Part shown: positions 10,078 through 21,022 of the stretch, piece after piece
Layout of the letters: each line of letters opens with the position of its first letter
Numbering within the stretch: the stretch's first letter is position 1
Virus record (IMG/VR): IMGVR_UViG_3300010938_000009
Location: 1-64,000 of that record
Length of the DNA stretch: 64,000 nt
Reading direction: 5' to 3' (one strand)
Source of the DNA: a virus
Made by a program: the position numbers and the translations under genes
The notes under the pieces: model-generated
Databases searched by the model: none
What the model saw: only the letters and a program-made list of their open reading frames with translations
What the model was told of the DNA's origin: nothing

Positions 10078-13000
10078 ATGGCTAATAATATAGTAGTAAA
10101 TTCTAAGAATAAAGACGTTGATTACGTAGTAGCAGATTTTTCTTCTTCTATTGACGCTATTATAAGTTATGCTACCGTTAATTACGGAGCAGGAACATCA
10201 GCAAATAGATTATGGACTAATTTTTCTACAGATTCTTTTAGTCGTACATGGGCTGAGGTAGTCGCCTACGTCGCAGATATTTTCTTTTTCTATTTAGATA
10301 ATAAAGCTACTCAAAATTACCTACAAACAGCTACTGTTAGAAGTGCTGTTAATAATATTGCTAAACAATTTGGATTTACTCCAGCTTCAGCTACTAGTTC
10401 TAGTGGCGTAGCTATTTTTACAGTTAACGGAGCAGGAGTTATACCGAGAGGTTTTAGAGTATCTGCTACTAACGGACAAGAGTTTTTTGTTACCAACGCT
10501 ATTACCGCAGTTGCTGCAGGAGACGTTAGTGGTAACGTACTTCAAGGTAGTATTGTTGTAGAACAATTTTCTGCTGAAGGTTTACAAAATGAGGAATTCA
10601 ATTTAAGAGGTCCTAATATAATTAGAGATCTTTCTAATTCTAACCCTCTAGATATTTCTCCTCAAGTAGTAGTAAACGGTAATAATTATACATTAGTATC
10701 TAGTTTTATTAGACACAATGGAGAAGATTCCGATGCAATAACTGATTCTTTAGGGAATGTTATAGGCGGTGGAGGTCGAGTTTTTGTATTAGAAGAACGA
10801 CCTAACGGAACTTCTTTTATTAGATTTGGAGACGGAGTATTTGGTAAAAAATTAGCTCCAGGAGAAACTGTTTCTATTACTTATAGAACAGGTGGCGGCA
10901 CAGCAGGAAATATTGGAGCTGAAACTTTAACCACTTTAGTAGATTCTAGTTCTATAGTAACTAGTGTATCTAATGACTCTGATTTTAGTGGTGGAGCTGA
11001 TGAACAAACAATTGAACAATTAAGAGAATTAATTCCAGCTAGTTTAAGAACTTTAGATAGAGCTGTAGCAGAAAAAGATTATTCTGACATACTACTTACT
11101 AATTTTCCTGAAGTATTTGCAGCTTCTACTGAAGTTAATAATGTTGACGTAGGTATTGACTTAAATATTTACGTAGTACCCCAAGGTTCAGGTATCGCAC
11201 AAATAAGCGATAATATTATATTAAAAAATAAATTATCTGATTACATCGACCGTAGAAAAATGGTCACAGTTCAGTTTCAAATATTAGATGCTTTCGGAAT
11301 AGATACTTTAATAGATCTAGAAATATTTTTAACTGATACAGCAAGTAAAACTGCAGTGCGATCTGCTATAAATACTGCTCTACAAGATTTCTTTGACCTT
11401 TCTACAGGCGGTCCAAATAAAACAGGAATAGGCTTTGCTGAAAATATATTACTAAAAGATATAGGTAACGTAATTGAAACTATTCAAGGTATAACTAGAT
11501 TTGAAATTAAAAAATTAAGTTATAGACCTAGATTAGCTCCAAATATTATAGGTTTACTTACTGAGTATAATTTTACTCCAGTAACTATTTATAAAAATGT
11601 ATCAGAATCTGAGTGGTTAGTAGCTGCTAGTGGACAACAAGCAGAAACTACAGGAACTGTAATATTTGATAATATAGCTTTGACAGGTTTTAATTATAAT
11701 TCTAGTACTGGAGAGATTACTTATAATTTTCCAGTAGATTTATTAGAAGTAGCTCCTGGAGATTTATTTAGAGACGGTTCTAATACTGATTTTACTATTT
11801 TAGCTGTAGATACTGCAAACAGTATTTTAATTTTATCTGAAAGTTTAACTATTAATAATACTGTTACTACTTCAGATCACGGTTCAGTTAGAAACGCTGG
11901 TACTATTTTTGAAAGTTTTAGAGTATTTAAAAAAGTTAAAGCTAAAACTTCTAATTTATCTGTAGATTATATAAGTGATACCAATATAGATTTTTCTATA
12001 CATACTGGAACAGCTAATGCTATTAGTTCTAGAGTATTATTAGATAATGATAATGTATTCATACCACTACAATATTCTACTGGACAATTCTACTTAGTTG
12101 ACTCTCAAAGTAATATTTGGGAAATAGTAGAAAATGATAGCAATACTATTAAAACTTCTATCACTGCTGTAAACGACGCTTCAGTTACTAACGTAGCTAG
12201 TGGAGAATATAGAATAGTTAAAAAATTAGTAGGCCAACAAATAGTATTTAACGATAATATCTTTAATATCCAATATAACAGCCATAACACCTTCTACTCA
12301 ATAGGTTCTCAATTTAGTCAAATAGGTACTATTGGAGACGGATTTGATATAAGTGATGTACAAAGTAATATAGGTAGATTAGGTACAGCTTTAGATTTAA
12401 TTAGTTACGATTCAGGTAATGGAGAACTCAAACTAAATAACGCTCCAGATCTTCAAGGTGTAAATTCTAATTACGTTTTAATTGACTCTAGTGGTCAGTT
12501 ATTTAACGTAACAGGAGTTGATAATAGAGCTAAACCTTCTATTATTTACGATTCTTCTAATCAAAATACAAACTTTGTTTTAGAAGGAGCAGGATTAGGC
12601 TCTCAAGTAGCTCAAGGCTTTCAGGTAACTGATAATAGTACTTATGCTGTTGTGAGTTGTAATCTTAAAAGAGAAGGTAATGTAGTAGGTAACTTAACTA
12701 TGAAAATAGTTGATGATGACGGTTCAGGTTTACCAGATTTAGGTAGCCCTATAGCTACTTCTGAACCTTTAAATATAGCTACTATTAGTGATACAACTTT
12801 TCAAAAAACTTTATTCAGCTTTGTAACTCCTCCTAGTTTAACAACTAGTACTCAATACCATTTAGTATTAAGTCCTGACGCTTCTTACGTAAGTTCTATG
12901 CAAGATGGTATTATAGCTTTTAATAATACTGGTTTAGAAGGTTTTAGTTATAATTCTTTATCAGGAGTAATATCTTATTCAGGAGCAGTTAATTTATCTA

Positions 13001-13611
13001 ACGTAGAACCTGGACATTATTTCCAAGACGGAGCTAATAATTTATTTAAAATATTAGCAGTAGATGACAGTATTGATGAAGTAACTATTGCTACAGGACA
13101 AACTATCAATAACATAGTTACTACTTCAGATCATGGATCTATTGTAGTACAAGATAGAATATTAGTAGGTATTGATACTACTTCTCCTACTTACGCTGAC
13201 GGAGAATTCTCAAGATTTGACGGTTCTTTGTGGTCAGATTCTACTCAAGGACCTTCCCCTTCCGGCACAAATACAGATATGATATTCTCAGTTGAAGGTA
13301 CTAAAACTATAAATATAGAAAGTAATTTAACTCCAGTTTTAGGACCAGGAGCCACAGTTACAACTAGATATTATGATGATGAATTTGAACTATCATTTGT
13401 ACTAGGACATAGCGCAGGTACTATTACTTCAGCTACTGACGTTAAAGCTACAGGTAAAGGTACAGTATCGGGAGATCCTAATAGAAGAGTAGATTTTTTC
13501 GTTTTTAGAACGTCTTCTTTTGCTGACGATATAGTAAATTTAAGATTGAATGAAATTCCTAGAATTAAACTTTCAGATATTAAATTAGATATGTTTAATG
13601 GGATAGATTAA
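10078..13611 (+). CDS. Baseplate wedge gp6/gpJ-like with long C-terminal beta-rich extensions
   Basis: DY...DF; YL.TA..R.AV..IAK..G; FGDG.FG; YR.GGG..GN; GGAD..TIE..R...RAV...DY. Confidence 0.85.
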   Translation: MANNIVVNSKNKDVDYVVADFSSSIDAIISYATVNYGAGTSANRLWTNFSTDSFSRTWAEVVAYVADIFFFYLDNKATQNYLQTATVRSAVNNIAKQFGFTPASATSSSGVAIFTVNGAGVIPRGFRVSATNGQEFFVTNAITAVAAGDVSGNVLQGSIVVEQFSAEGLQNEEFNLRGPNIIRDLSNSNPLDISPQVVVNGNNYTLVSSFIRHNGEDSDAITDSLGNVIGGGGRVFVLEERPNGTSFIRFGDGVFGKKLAPGETVSITYRTGGGTAGNIGAETLTTLVDSSSIVTSVSNDSDFSGGADEQTIEQLRELIPASLRTLDRAVAEKDYSDILLTNFPEVFAASTEVNNVDVGIDLNIYVVPQGSGIAQISDNIILKNKLSDYIDRRKMVTVQFQILDAFGIDTLIDLEIFLTDTASKTAVRSAINTALQDFFDLSTGGPNKTGIGFAENILLKDIGNVIETIQGITRFEIKKLSYRPRLAPNIIGLLTEYNFTPVTIYKNVSESEWLVAASGQQAETTGTVIFDNIALTGFNYNSSTGEITYNFPVDLLEVAPGDLFRDGSNTDFTILAVDTANSILILSESLTINNTVTTSDHGSVRNAGTIFESFRVFKKVKAKTSNLSVDYISDTNIDFSIHTGTANAISSRVLLDNDNVFIPLQYSTGQFYLVDSQSNIWEIVENDSNTIKTSITAVNDASVTNVASGEYRIVKKLVGQQIVFNDNIFNIQYNSHNTFYSIGSQFSQIGTIGDGFDISDVQSNIGRLGTALDLISYDSGNGELKLNNAPDLQGVNSNYVLIDSSGQLFNVTGVDNRAKPSIIYDSSNQNTNFVLEGAGLGSQVAQGFQVTDNSTYAVVSCNLKREGNVVGNLTMKIVDDDGSGLPDLGSPIATSEPLNIATISDTTFQKTLFSFVTPPSLTTSTQYHLVLSPDASYVSSMQDGIIAFNNTGLEGFSYNSLSGVISYSGAVNLSNVEPGHYFQDGANNLFKILAVDDSIDEVTIATGQTINNIVTTSDHGSIVVQDRILVGIDTTSPTYADGEFSRFDGSLWSDSTQGPSPSGTNTDMIFSVEGTKTINIESNLTPVLGPGATVTTRYYDDEFELSFVLGHSAGTITSATDVKATGKGTVSGDPNRRVDFFVFRTSSFADDIVNLRLNEIPRIKLSDIKLDMFNGID
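11659..13143 (+). repeat. Internal domain duplication in the baseplate protein (about 11659-11889 and 12910-13143)
   Basis: GFNYNSSTG..Y...V.L..V.PG..F.DG....F.ILAVD...TINN.VTTSDHGS occurs twice. Confidence 0.75.
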
Positions 13612-15371
13612 TGGCTTTAGCTAGAAATTTTAAAGCTTCAACCTCTAACCCTAATCAAATAGCTTTGAATTGGTTGCAACCTTTAGGTTTTAATCTAACT
13701 AATGATGAACTAATAGTTACTAAAACTACAAACCATTTTCCAGTAGAATTACATAATGATACTTGTGATGATGTTTGTTCTGATAGTAGACCTATAGAGA
13801 TTTTTAGAGGTAATACAATTGTAGGTACTACGATTGCTAATATTTCAGTTTCTGGTAATACTCTTACTGACACAGGTGCTAGTTTTCCTACTACTCCTCC
13901 CCTTAATGGTAGGTTACTAAGAGACTCAGTTAGTAGTGTTTTTAAAATTATAAGTAATACAGCTACTACAATAACTGTTGATGGTACTCCGGCTAATGGT
14001 AAATACGTTATACTAGCAGACTTTCCAACAACTACTAGAAGCCAACAAAACTTTGAATTAGATATTAGAACTGTAGTAGGACCAGGATTTATTAGTAACT
14101 TAGTAGAAATTAGAGATGGAGCACTACAATTAGTAACTTTTGAACCAGAAGAATTAGTTAATTTAATATTTAGAGACGGCTCAGGTAATAAATTTATAGT
14201 TAAGAGTAATACAGAAGACACAATTTTATTTTTTGAAACAAGTACTCCTTCAATAGGAGTGGGTATGAGTTTATTTGATAGTCACTTTGAAACTGCCCCA
14301 CAACCTTATATAGATAACTTTAGAACTGAAGACGAAGCTGACAATAGAAAAGGTACTAAACTATTAGATAATCAATTTTACTATTATACAGTATTTACTA
14401 AATTAATCGGCGGCAATGTAGGACGAGCAGAGTACGGAATAAAAGATAGCGGCTTATCAACTCAAGATGTAGCAATCAGTATGACTGATAGAGGTTTTGG
14501 AGACATATTATATAATTATTGGCCTAGTTTATATAGAGAACTAGATGAAACTGGTGACTTAGAAGACTTAATGGCTGTATTTGCTTTTCAATTTAGTGAA
14601 CTACATGCTTTAATAGATACTTATAATTTACAAGATACCGATAGAATTTACGTTAACGCTTTAGTACCTTTGTCTGAACAATTTGGATTACCTAGTATAG
14701 GTTTTTCAATCGGTATAGATACTTTACGAAGAATAGCTAACGATTTAATTAGCGCTTATAAATTAAAAGGTAGTAAAGAAGGTATAGCTTTATTTATTAA
14801 AATACTTACTACTTGGGATATTACTAACGGTACAGCAGATTTTAGTGGGGCTATATTAGATTTTTTACCTAATATAGAAGCTTTAAGATTTTTTGATCCT
14901 AATTTAGGTAATACAAATACTAGAATTACTCAAACAGACCCTTTTGTAGCTGGAGGTAGATTTGCAAAAACTCTACCTGGAATAGTTATACCAGGATTTT
15001 TTACATTTAGAGAGTTTGTAGTAGAGTTACCTAAAGTAGCTATGTATTTAGGAGATAGTGAAAGTTTTACTATTTCTAATGGAACTACTACTATGATAGA
15101 TACTGCTAATAATTTTGGAGCAACCGATACTTTAGTAGGTAATTTTTTAATACCTAATGAAGAAGAAGTAAACGATATATTCCAAATTATAGCTAATACT
15201 AGTACTTCTATTACAGTTAGAGGCGTTATTAATAATAGAGTTCCTGGCGGAGATTACGCCGTTTTAAGTGCATTAAATACAAATAGATTTATAATTTTAA
15301 ATAAAATGATGGATTTATACATTCCATTTGGAACCAAAGCTGGTTTTACTTTTACTTTACCGTGTTGTTAA
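13611..15371 (+). CDS. Baseplate/tail protein I (gp7/P2 gpI-like)
   Basis: LY...P..YR..D..G.L...L...G....R......YKLKGSKEGI. Confidence 0.75.
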   Translation: MALARNFKASTSNPNQIALNWLQPLGFNLTNDELIVTKTTNHFPVELHNDTCDDVCSDSRPIEIFRGNTIVGTTIANISVSGNTLTDTGASFPTTPPLNGRLLRDSVSSVFKIISNTATTITVDGTPANGKYVILADFPTTTRSQQNFELDIRTVVGPGFISNLVEIRDGALQLVTFEPEELVNLIFRDGSGNKFIVKSNTEDTILFFETSTPSIGVGMSLFDSHFETAPQPYIDNFRTEDEADNRKGTKLLDNQFYYYTVFTKLIGGNVGRAEYGIKDSGLSTQDVAISMTDRGFGDILYNYWPSLYRELDETGDLEDLMAVFAFQFSELHALIDTYNLQDTDRIYVNALVPLSEQFGLPSIGFSIGIDTLRRIANDLISAYKLKGSKEGIALFIKILTTWDITNGTADFSGAILDFLPNIEALRFFDPNLGNTNTRITQTDPFVAGGRFAKTLPGIVIPGFFTFREFVVELPKVAMYLGDSESFTISNGTTTMIDTANNFGATDTLVGNFLIPNEEEVNDIFQIIANTSTSITVRGVINNRVPGGDYAVLSALNTNRFIILNKMMDLYIPFGTKAGFTFTLPCC

Positions 15372-15389
15372 ATATTTTAGGAGATAATA

Positions 15390-18095
15390 ATGTCATTACG
15401 CTTTAACACATTCAGAAGCGCTAGATACTTACGTACCCGTTTTGTGGAAGGCCGTTTCCTCTTAGCATCAGAAAACACTGACCTTGAATTAGAAATTATC
15501 GATCAACTTAGACAACACATAAAAAATACTGTAGGCGACATAGCAATTAAAAATGCTTGGAAAGTTCAAAGATATTCTGATACAGAACTTTTAGTTAGTC
15601 CTGGAGAGGCATGGGTATCGGGGATACCATTTATTATGAGATCTGGAAAAGATCAACTAGTATCTGGAGATTCTCTAAGTCTCGGTATAACTCCTGTAGG
15701 AGTAACTATATCTGATGAACCTACTGGTTTAGGTAAACTAATAGCTTTTAATAGTGGAGGTACTACTCCTACTGACGAATATAGAATAGTTATTACTGCT
15801 AGAGAAGAAGCTATTACTAACGTAGAAGACCCTTTTCTAAAAAATGCTAACTTAGCAGAAACTACAGCTCAGAAAATAAGACTTACTTATAAAATAGATA
15901 TAGTATCTGAATCTGACCAAAATATTAGTCCTATACCTTATACTAACGACACTAGTGATCAAAATTTAACTAATAAAATAATAGTCAATCCTACTATAGG
16001 AGGTAATGGTGAATTAATTTCTATTACTCCATTATCAGGTTCAGAACAAATTGACGGTAGAGATTTAGAAATAATTTTACGCAATGATCCAACTTTAGGC
16101 GGCGGTAATCCAATTCCAAATGGAACTACAGACCAACAAGCTTTTTTCAATGGTAAATTATTAGACAGTTTAGGCAATCAATACCATATTAACGCTATAT
16201 TCAATGATACAGTTAGTACGCAAGTTGTTATAAGATTAGATAAAGAAGTAAATCAACCTAACCCTACTATAAATAACGGTTCGCCAATAACTCTACTTAA
16301 GAGAGATATTTACGTTACAGACGATATTAATGGTTCACCTCAAGGCAAACTATTTTACCCTATAGCAAAAGTAGACTGGCACCAAAGTTTAGGAATAGTT
16401 CATGACTCAAGAGTTTCAGATTTAAGAAAATCTGTAGATCGTTTATTAGATTACCAAGACAAAACAAATATAAAATATGATTTAAGATTAACAGGCGGCG
16501 GAGATATAAGTTTTGAAGCTCCTACTGCTAATATGCTACAATGGAGCGCAGATCTAGAATTAGTTAACCCTCACGGGCTAACTCAAAATATTCCGGCTAA
16601 TACACTAGCTATAATGGAAGGTGGTTCAGTAGCTTACGATATGAATGTAGATGCTGGAGGAGTAATTGCTAGAGGTAATTTAGCTGTTACTGCTGTTAAT
16701 ACAGGTACTAATATAGTATTAGCTGCTGCTCCAGATTTAAGTTTAGTAAGACTAGGTAATATCTTTAAAGTAGGTAGTGAACTAAAGTATATTACTGCTA
16801 TTGACGACGTATCTAAAACTATTACTATAGATAGCGCTACTTCTACTACAGGAGCTGCTACAATTTATAGAGATAGTTTTGCTCCTACTTACGCTCCTTT
16901 AAGTTCTGATACTTTTATATTAGCTGTTAGAAAGGGCGACCAAGTTTACTTTGACGGAGCTTTAGAACTAGAGTCAGGAGAGATTAACGACCTAGGAGAC
17001 GGTATAAGCGTAGCTTTACTAGCTTTTATAGGAGCTACTGGAGAAACAGATTCTAACCCTTTTTATACTTCTACTAACGTAGTAGTACAAGGTAGTTCAT
17101 TAGTAGCAGCTATTAGCGCTCTAGATGATATAGTATTTCCTCTTACTCAACCTATTTACGATGAAAGAATTTTATTTCCTACAGGTTTAGCTGCTTTAAG
17201 TAACATTACAATACCTTTAAATAGTAGAAATGGTAACCAACAAGAAACTTACGGAGTTGGTTCAGGCGAACTAATGGTATTTCATAACCAATTATTAAAA
17301 TTTGAAGGAATTGATTGGAACCCAGTTGATAATCAAACTATAAAATTTACTTACGATTTAACTGATGACTCTGAAATACACTTTAGAAAAGGACCTTTTG
17401 GCGGCGGCTCAGGAGGCGGCTCAACTAGTTTACAAGGAGCTTATAATAACGGTAGAACAATTACTACTACTTTAGGCAATCCAATAGAAATTAACGGAAC
17501 TCCTGGAGATAAACTGTTAGTTATTAATGGAGACTTAGAAGTTACGGGAGTTATTGACCCTACAGCTATTCAATTTATTCCTCAAGCAATGAACCCTTTA
17601 AGTGGTACTCAAAGAGGTATTTGGGTTAATAATACTGACCAATTAATTTTTGAACCAGTTTCTAACCCTGCAGTAAATATTACTCAGAAATTAGAAGATT
17701 TAGAATCAGGTACAGCTACTAAAGCTATAGTAGAATATTATTTAAATTCTTCAGGTAGCACAATTCCAGCAGGTACTCCAGTATATAGCCCTGTAGCAGG
17801 AGAAATAGCTCCAGCTAACGGAAATAATAACGACAAATCAAGATTACTTGGAGTTACAATAGAAGAAATATTAGATTCTCAAAATGGTAAAGTAGCTGTA
17901 GCAGGAATAATAGAAAATATTACAGGATTTACTCACAATAAATATTTATATTTAGATCAAAATGATGGATTAATGGTTGATGAAGAACCAGAATTACCAA
18001 CATATTCATCAGGATTCAATGTAGTTATAGTAGGATTAGTTCAAGGAACGAACTTAATTTTACGACTACAACACGTAGGTCGATTATCCGACTAA
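15390..18095 (+). CDS. Tail fibre attachment/structural protein (DUF6519/DUF4815-like N-terminus)
   Basis: Y....F.EGR.L..SE..D; V.PG.AWV.G; multiple beta domains; follows the baseplate wedges. Confidence 0.6.
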   Translation: MSLRFNTFRSARYLRTRFVEGRFLLASENTDLELEIIDQLRQHIKNTVGDIAIKNAWKVQRYSDTELLVSPGEAWVSGIPFIMRSGKDQLVSGDSLSLGITPVGVTISDEPTGLGKLIAFNSGGTTPTDEYRIVITAREEAITNVEDPFLKNANLAETTAQKIRLTYKIDIVSESDQNISPIPYTNDTSDQNLTNKIIVNPTIGGNGELISITPLSGSEQIDGRDLEIILRNDPTLGGGNPIPNGTTDQQAFFNGKLLDSLGNQYHINAIFNDTVSTQVVIRLDKEVNQPNPTINNGSPITLLKRDIYVTDDINGSPQGKLFYPIAKVDWHQSLGIVHDSRVSDLRKSVDRLLDYQDKTNIKYDLRLTGGGDISFEAPTANMLQWSADLELVNPHGLTQNIPANTLAIMEGGSVAYDMNVDAGGVIARGNLAVTAVNTGTNIVLAAAPDLSLVRLGNIFKVGSELKYITAIDDVSKTITIDSATSTTGAATIYRDSFAPTYAPLSSDTFILAVRKGDQVYFDGALELESGEINDLGDGISVALLAFIGATGETDSNPFYTSTNVVVQGSSLVAAISALDDIVFPLTQPIYDERILFPTGLAALSNITIPLNSRNGNQQETYGVGSGELMVFHNQLLKFEGIDWNPVDNQTIKFTYDLTDDSEIHFRKGPFGGGSGGGSTSLQGAYNNGRTITTTLGNPIEINGTPGDKLLVINGDLEVTGVIDPTAIQFIPQAMNPLSGTQRGIWVNNTDQLIFEPVSNPAVNITQKLEDLESGTATKAIVEYYLNSSGSTIPAGTPVYSPVAGEIAPANGNNNDKSRLLGVTIEEILDSQNGKVAVAGIIENITGFTHNKYLYLDQNDGLMVDEEPELPTYSSGFNVVIVGLVQGTNLILRLQHVGRLSD

Positions 18096-18117
18096 TTAAT
18101 AAATCGAGGAATAGTAT

Positions 18118-18303
18118 ATGGAAGAAAATTATAAAGTATTAGCTGAAGTTTTCGGTTCTAAGAAAGCGAAAGAAATATTGAAGTTGACTAAAAGTTATGA
18201 TAATTATGTACAAAAATTTAAAGACAAAATGAACAAACTTTTAGAAGATAAAAACTTAGAAGTAAAACTTGGGTTAGCTTTTGTGAAAAAAACAGGAGAA
18301 TAA
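18118..18303 (+). CDS. Small hypothetical protein
   Basis: 61 aa ORF with SD GAGGA. Confidence 0.55.
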   Translation: MEENYKVLAEVFGSKKAKEILKLTKSYDNYVQKFKDKMNKLLEDKNLEVKLGLAFVKKTGE

Positions 18304-18306
18304 TAA

Positions 18307-20049
18307 ATGGCTCAAAGAACAAGGTTAGCTGCGGTACTCAACGGGTTAGTCCGTAATGTAGACCTAACAGCAGACGAATTAGTAGTCAATTCGGTACGAT
18401 ATGGCGGTTTAGCTGGTACAGAACTAACTAAAACTATTTTAGATAGTTTAATAGCCAACTCTCACGCTGCAATGTCTGATAATCAGAACATAGTAGCTGG
18501 AGATGGATTAACAGGTGGCGGTTCGGGCGCAACAGTAACATTAAACGTAGGCGCAGGTTCTGGTATTACAGTTAACGCTAACGATATCGAAGTTAACAAT
18601 ACAGTAATTAGAACTAACGGAGCAAATGCTTTTTCTGCAAACCAAAGCATGGGTGGATTTAAGTTAACTAACTTAGCTACTCCTACTTCAGGAACAGACG
18701 CAGCTAATAAAGCTTACGTTGATAGCGCTGCAGGAACTTTAGGAGAATGGCAAAATTCTGCTTTAGATTATATAGTAAACAATACTCTAGCTCCTCCTAC
18801 AGAAGTATTAGGCGATAGATACATTCTATCTCATGATGGTGGAGTACCTCACGCTAATTATGATGGCGCTAGTGCTGGAGATATCGTAGAATTTAACGGT
18901 TCAGTTTGGGTAGCTACTACTCCTAGTATCGGATTCTTTATATCTTCTGATAATGACGCTGATAGATTATACTATTGGGGCGGAACAGCTTGGGAAGAGA
19001 AATTTTTCGAGAATACAACAGCTAGTACAGGTTTAACTAAGGTTGGTTCGGATATTAGATTAGACGCTTCTTCTGCTGGAGCCGGATTAGGTTTTTCTTC
19101 AGGAGTACTTAGTGCTAATGTTGATAACAGTACTATTGAAATTAACTCTGATACTTTAAGAGTTAAAGACTTAGGTATTACTACAGCTAAATTAGCTGAT
19201 GACTCTGTAGATAAAGATAAAATTAACGCTAACGTAGCTGGTAATGGTTTAGGTCAGAACGTAGACGGTTCACTAGAAGTTAAAGTGTCAGCTTCAGGCG
19301 CTATTATAATTAGCTCTGACGCTCTACAAATTAACTTAGAAGCTAGTAACCCCTCTCTACAAATTTCTAGTAATGAACTAGGATTAAAATTTGACCCTGC
19401 AGGAGCCTTAAGTAAAGTAGCTGCTGGAGTTAAAGTAAACGTAGACGATAGTTCTATCGAGATTGCTTCTAACGCTCTTAGAGTTAAAGCTGCTGGTATA
19501 ACTAACGCTATGTTAGCAGGTAGTATTGAAGATTCTAAATTGAATCAGATTACTACTGCTAATAAAGTAGCAGGTTCTGCGGTACAATTAAATTCTAATG
19601 CTTCTATTAGTAATGACTCAGGTTTAAAAGCTAATCATGTTCCTATGATTAAAATTCCTGGAATTGCTGGGGAAGCATTCGCCGCAAATACTACTTTCGC
19701 AGTAAGATTCGCTAAAGACGGAGAAACTGCTGGAAGACTTTATAAAGCAGATTTTGACGCTTCTACTGATGATAATTTTTACGTAATAGGAGTTATTCAA
19801 CCTAGTTCAGCTTTAAGTGCTGGTGATCCTATTGACTATATTATTCAAGGTGAAGTAGCTTTACTAGCTAATGATTCAGTTTTTGCTGCTGCTGAAATTG
19901 GAGAACCCGTTCATTTATTAGCTTCTGGAGCTTTTGACGCTCTTGCAGCTATTACTTATACTGCTAACAAAGCTTCTGTAAAATTTGCAATGGTAAAAAC
20001 AACATCAAGTATGTTGATTCAGTCAATGCAGTTCTATGGAATAAATTAA
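18307..20049 (+). CDS. Tail fibre-like protein
   Basis: AG.GL.GGG, KLTNLATPT..TDAANKAYVD, VD.S.IEI.S..LRVK..GIT repeats. Confidence 0.75.
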   Translation: MAQRTRLAAVLNGLVRNVDLTADELVVNSVRYGGLAGTELTKTILDSLIANSHAAMSDNQNIVAGDGLTGGGSGATVTLNVGAGSGITVNANDIEVNNTVIRTNGANAFSANQSMGGFKLTNLATPTSGTDAANKAYVDSAAGTLGEWQNSALDYIVNNTLAPPTEVLGDRYILSHDGGVPHANYDGASAGDIVEFNGSVWVATTPSIGFFISSDNDADRLYYWGGTAWEEKFFENTTASTGLTKVGSDIRLDASSAGAGLGFSSGVLSANVDNSTIEINSDTLRVKDLGITTAKLADDSVDKDKINANVAGNGLGQNVDGSLEVKVSASGAIIISSDALQINLEASNPSLQISSNELGLKFDPAGALSKVAAGVKVNVDDSSIEIASNALRVKAAGITNAMLAGSIEDSKLNQITTANKVAGSAVQLNSNASISNDSGLKANHVPMIKIPGIAGEAFAANTTFAVRFAKDGETAGRLYKADFDASTDDNFYVIGVIQPSSALSAGDPIDYIIQGEVALLANDSVFAAAEIGEPVHLLASGAFDALAAITYTANKASVKFAMVKTTSSMLIQSMQFYGIN

Positions 20050-20059
20050 GTTTAAATTC

Positions 20060-20082
20060 AGGGAGCTTTATGCTCCCTATTT
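20060..20082 (+). terminator. Rho-independent terminator/stem-loop
   Basis: AGGGAGC-TTTAT-GCTCCCT followed by ATTT, after the fibre gene. Confidence 0.55.
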
Positions 20083-20095
20083 AACGAGGATTATA

Positions 20096-20401
20096 ATGGC
20101 TAAATTTTTAAAACTAGTAAACGGTATACCTAGAATGGTTGAAGTAGGCGCTGGAGATCCAGCCTATGACGAATCATTATATTACAATTCAGGTCTAGCA
20201 GCAAATACTAATATAACTTTACCTAATAGTGGAAGTTTTAGTGACGCTTCAGCTAAAGATTTACTAGTTATACTTAACGCTACAGTAGTAGAAGTTACAA
20301 GAGACTTTGAAGTTGTAGGCGCAGGTCCTACTTATACTCAAATAAAATTTATTTACGATTTACCCAATGATTCGGTTGTTCGTTTCAAGAAAAATATTTA
20401 A
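20096..20401 (+). CDS. Small structural protein; standalone copy of a domain in 15390..18095
   Basis: P.YDE....GLAA..NIT.P...IKF.YDL..DS...F.K shared with 17151-17390. Confidence 0.65.
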   Translation: MAKFLKLVNGIPRMVEVGAGDPAYDESLYYNSGLAANTNITLPNSGSFSDASAKDLLVILNATVVEVTRDFEVVGAGPTYTQIKFIYDLPNDSVVRFKKNI

Positions 20402-20403
20402 TA

Positions 20404-20595
20404 ATGTCATTAAAAGAAGCTTCTAATACTCAATACTGGAATACTATTCCTAAGAAATGTAAAAATTGTATTAAAGCTATTTATACTAAAGAAGAAAATA
20501 AAACGTATTATCAATGTAGTATGTATGGAAAATTTAAAAAAGATTGCAATTTAAAAGTACAGGAAAGGAAACTACCTAAGCCTGAAGAAATTTAA
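20404..20595 (+). CDS. Small Cys-rich hypothetical protein
   Basis: CKNC...C...C, 63 aa. Confidence 0.45.
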   Translation: MSLKEASNTQYWNTIPKKCKNCIKAIYTKEENKTYYQCSMYGKFKKDCNLKVQERKLPKPEEI

Positions 20596-21006
20596 TTCTA
20601 TTACTCCCAATGCTATAATATATATTTGGGTGATGGTGGAGATAGTCTAAAACCTATTAAAAGTAAAAATATTTTAACAAATGAAATAAAATTTTTACGA
20701 TTCTATAGCTCAAGCTACTTCTGAAATATTTAACAAAAATGGAATAATTAGAACTCTAAAAGGCAAAAAGCTTATTTATAAAAATCATTTATGGTATTAT
20801 TTAGATAATGATTTTAAAAAAATAGAAAAAAGAGTCTACACTAAAACAAAAAAATTAGAAGAATTGATATAAATACAAAAGAAATCGTGATATACAAATC
20901 AATGTCAGAAGCTGCTAGAGCAGGATTTGATAGAAAATCTATATATTATTGTTGCATTAAATCCCAAGAATTTCATAGAAATTTTTATTGGGAATATGAA
21001 ATTTAA
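20593..21006 (+). pseudogene. Decayed homing endonuclease (GIY-YIG tail plus two NUMOD1 repeats)
   Basis: Frameshifted fragments YNI..GDGG, KPIKSKNILTNEIKF/YDSIAQA...YKNHLWYY and IDINTKEIVIYKSMSEAARAGFDRKSI..CC...HRNFYWEY. Confidence 0.7.
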
Positions 21007-21022
21007 TAAAAGGAGATAACAA

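Noticed and set aside
1701-16177. Antisense ORFs within tail genes (1701, 3433, 3786, 4606, 5061, 5516, 5792, 8896, 12105, 13655, 15959)
   Set aside because: They shadow well-supported + strand genes and have no recognisable motifs.
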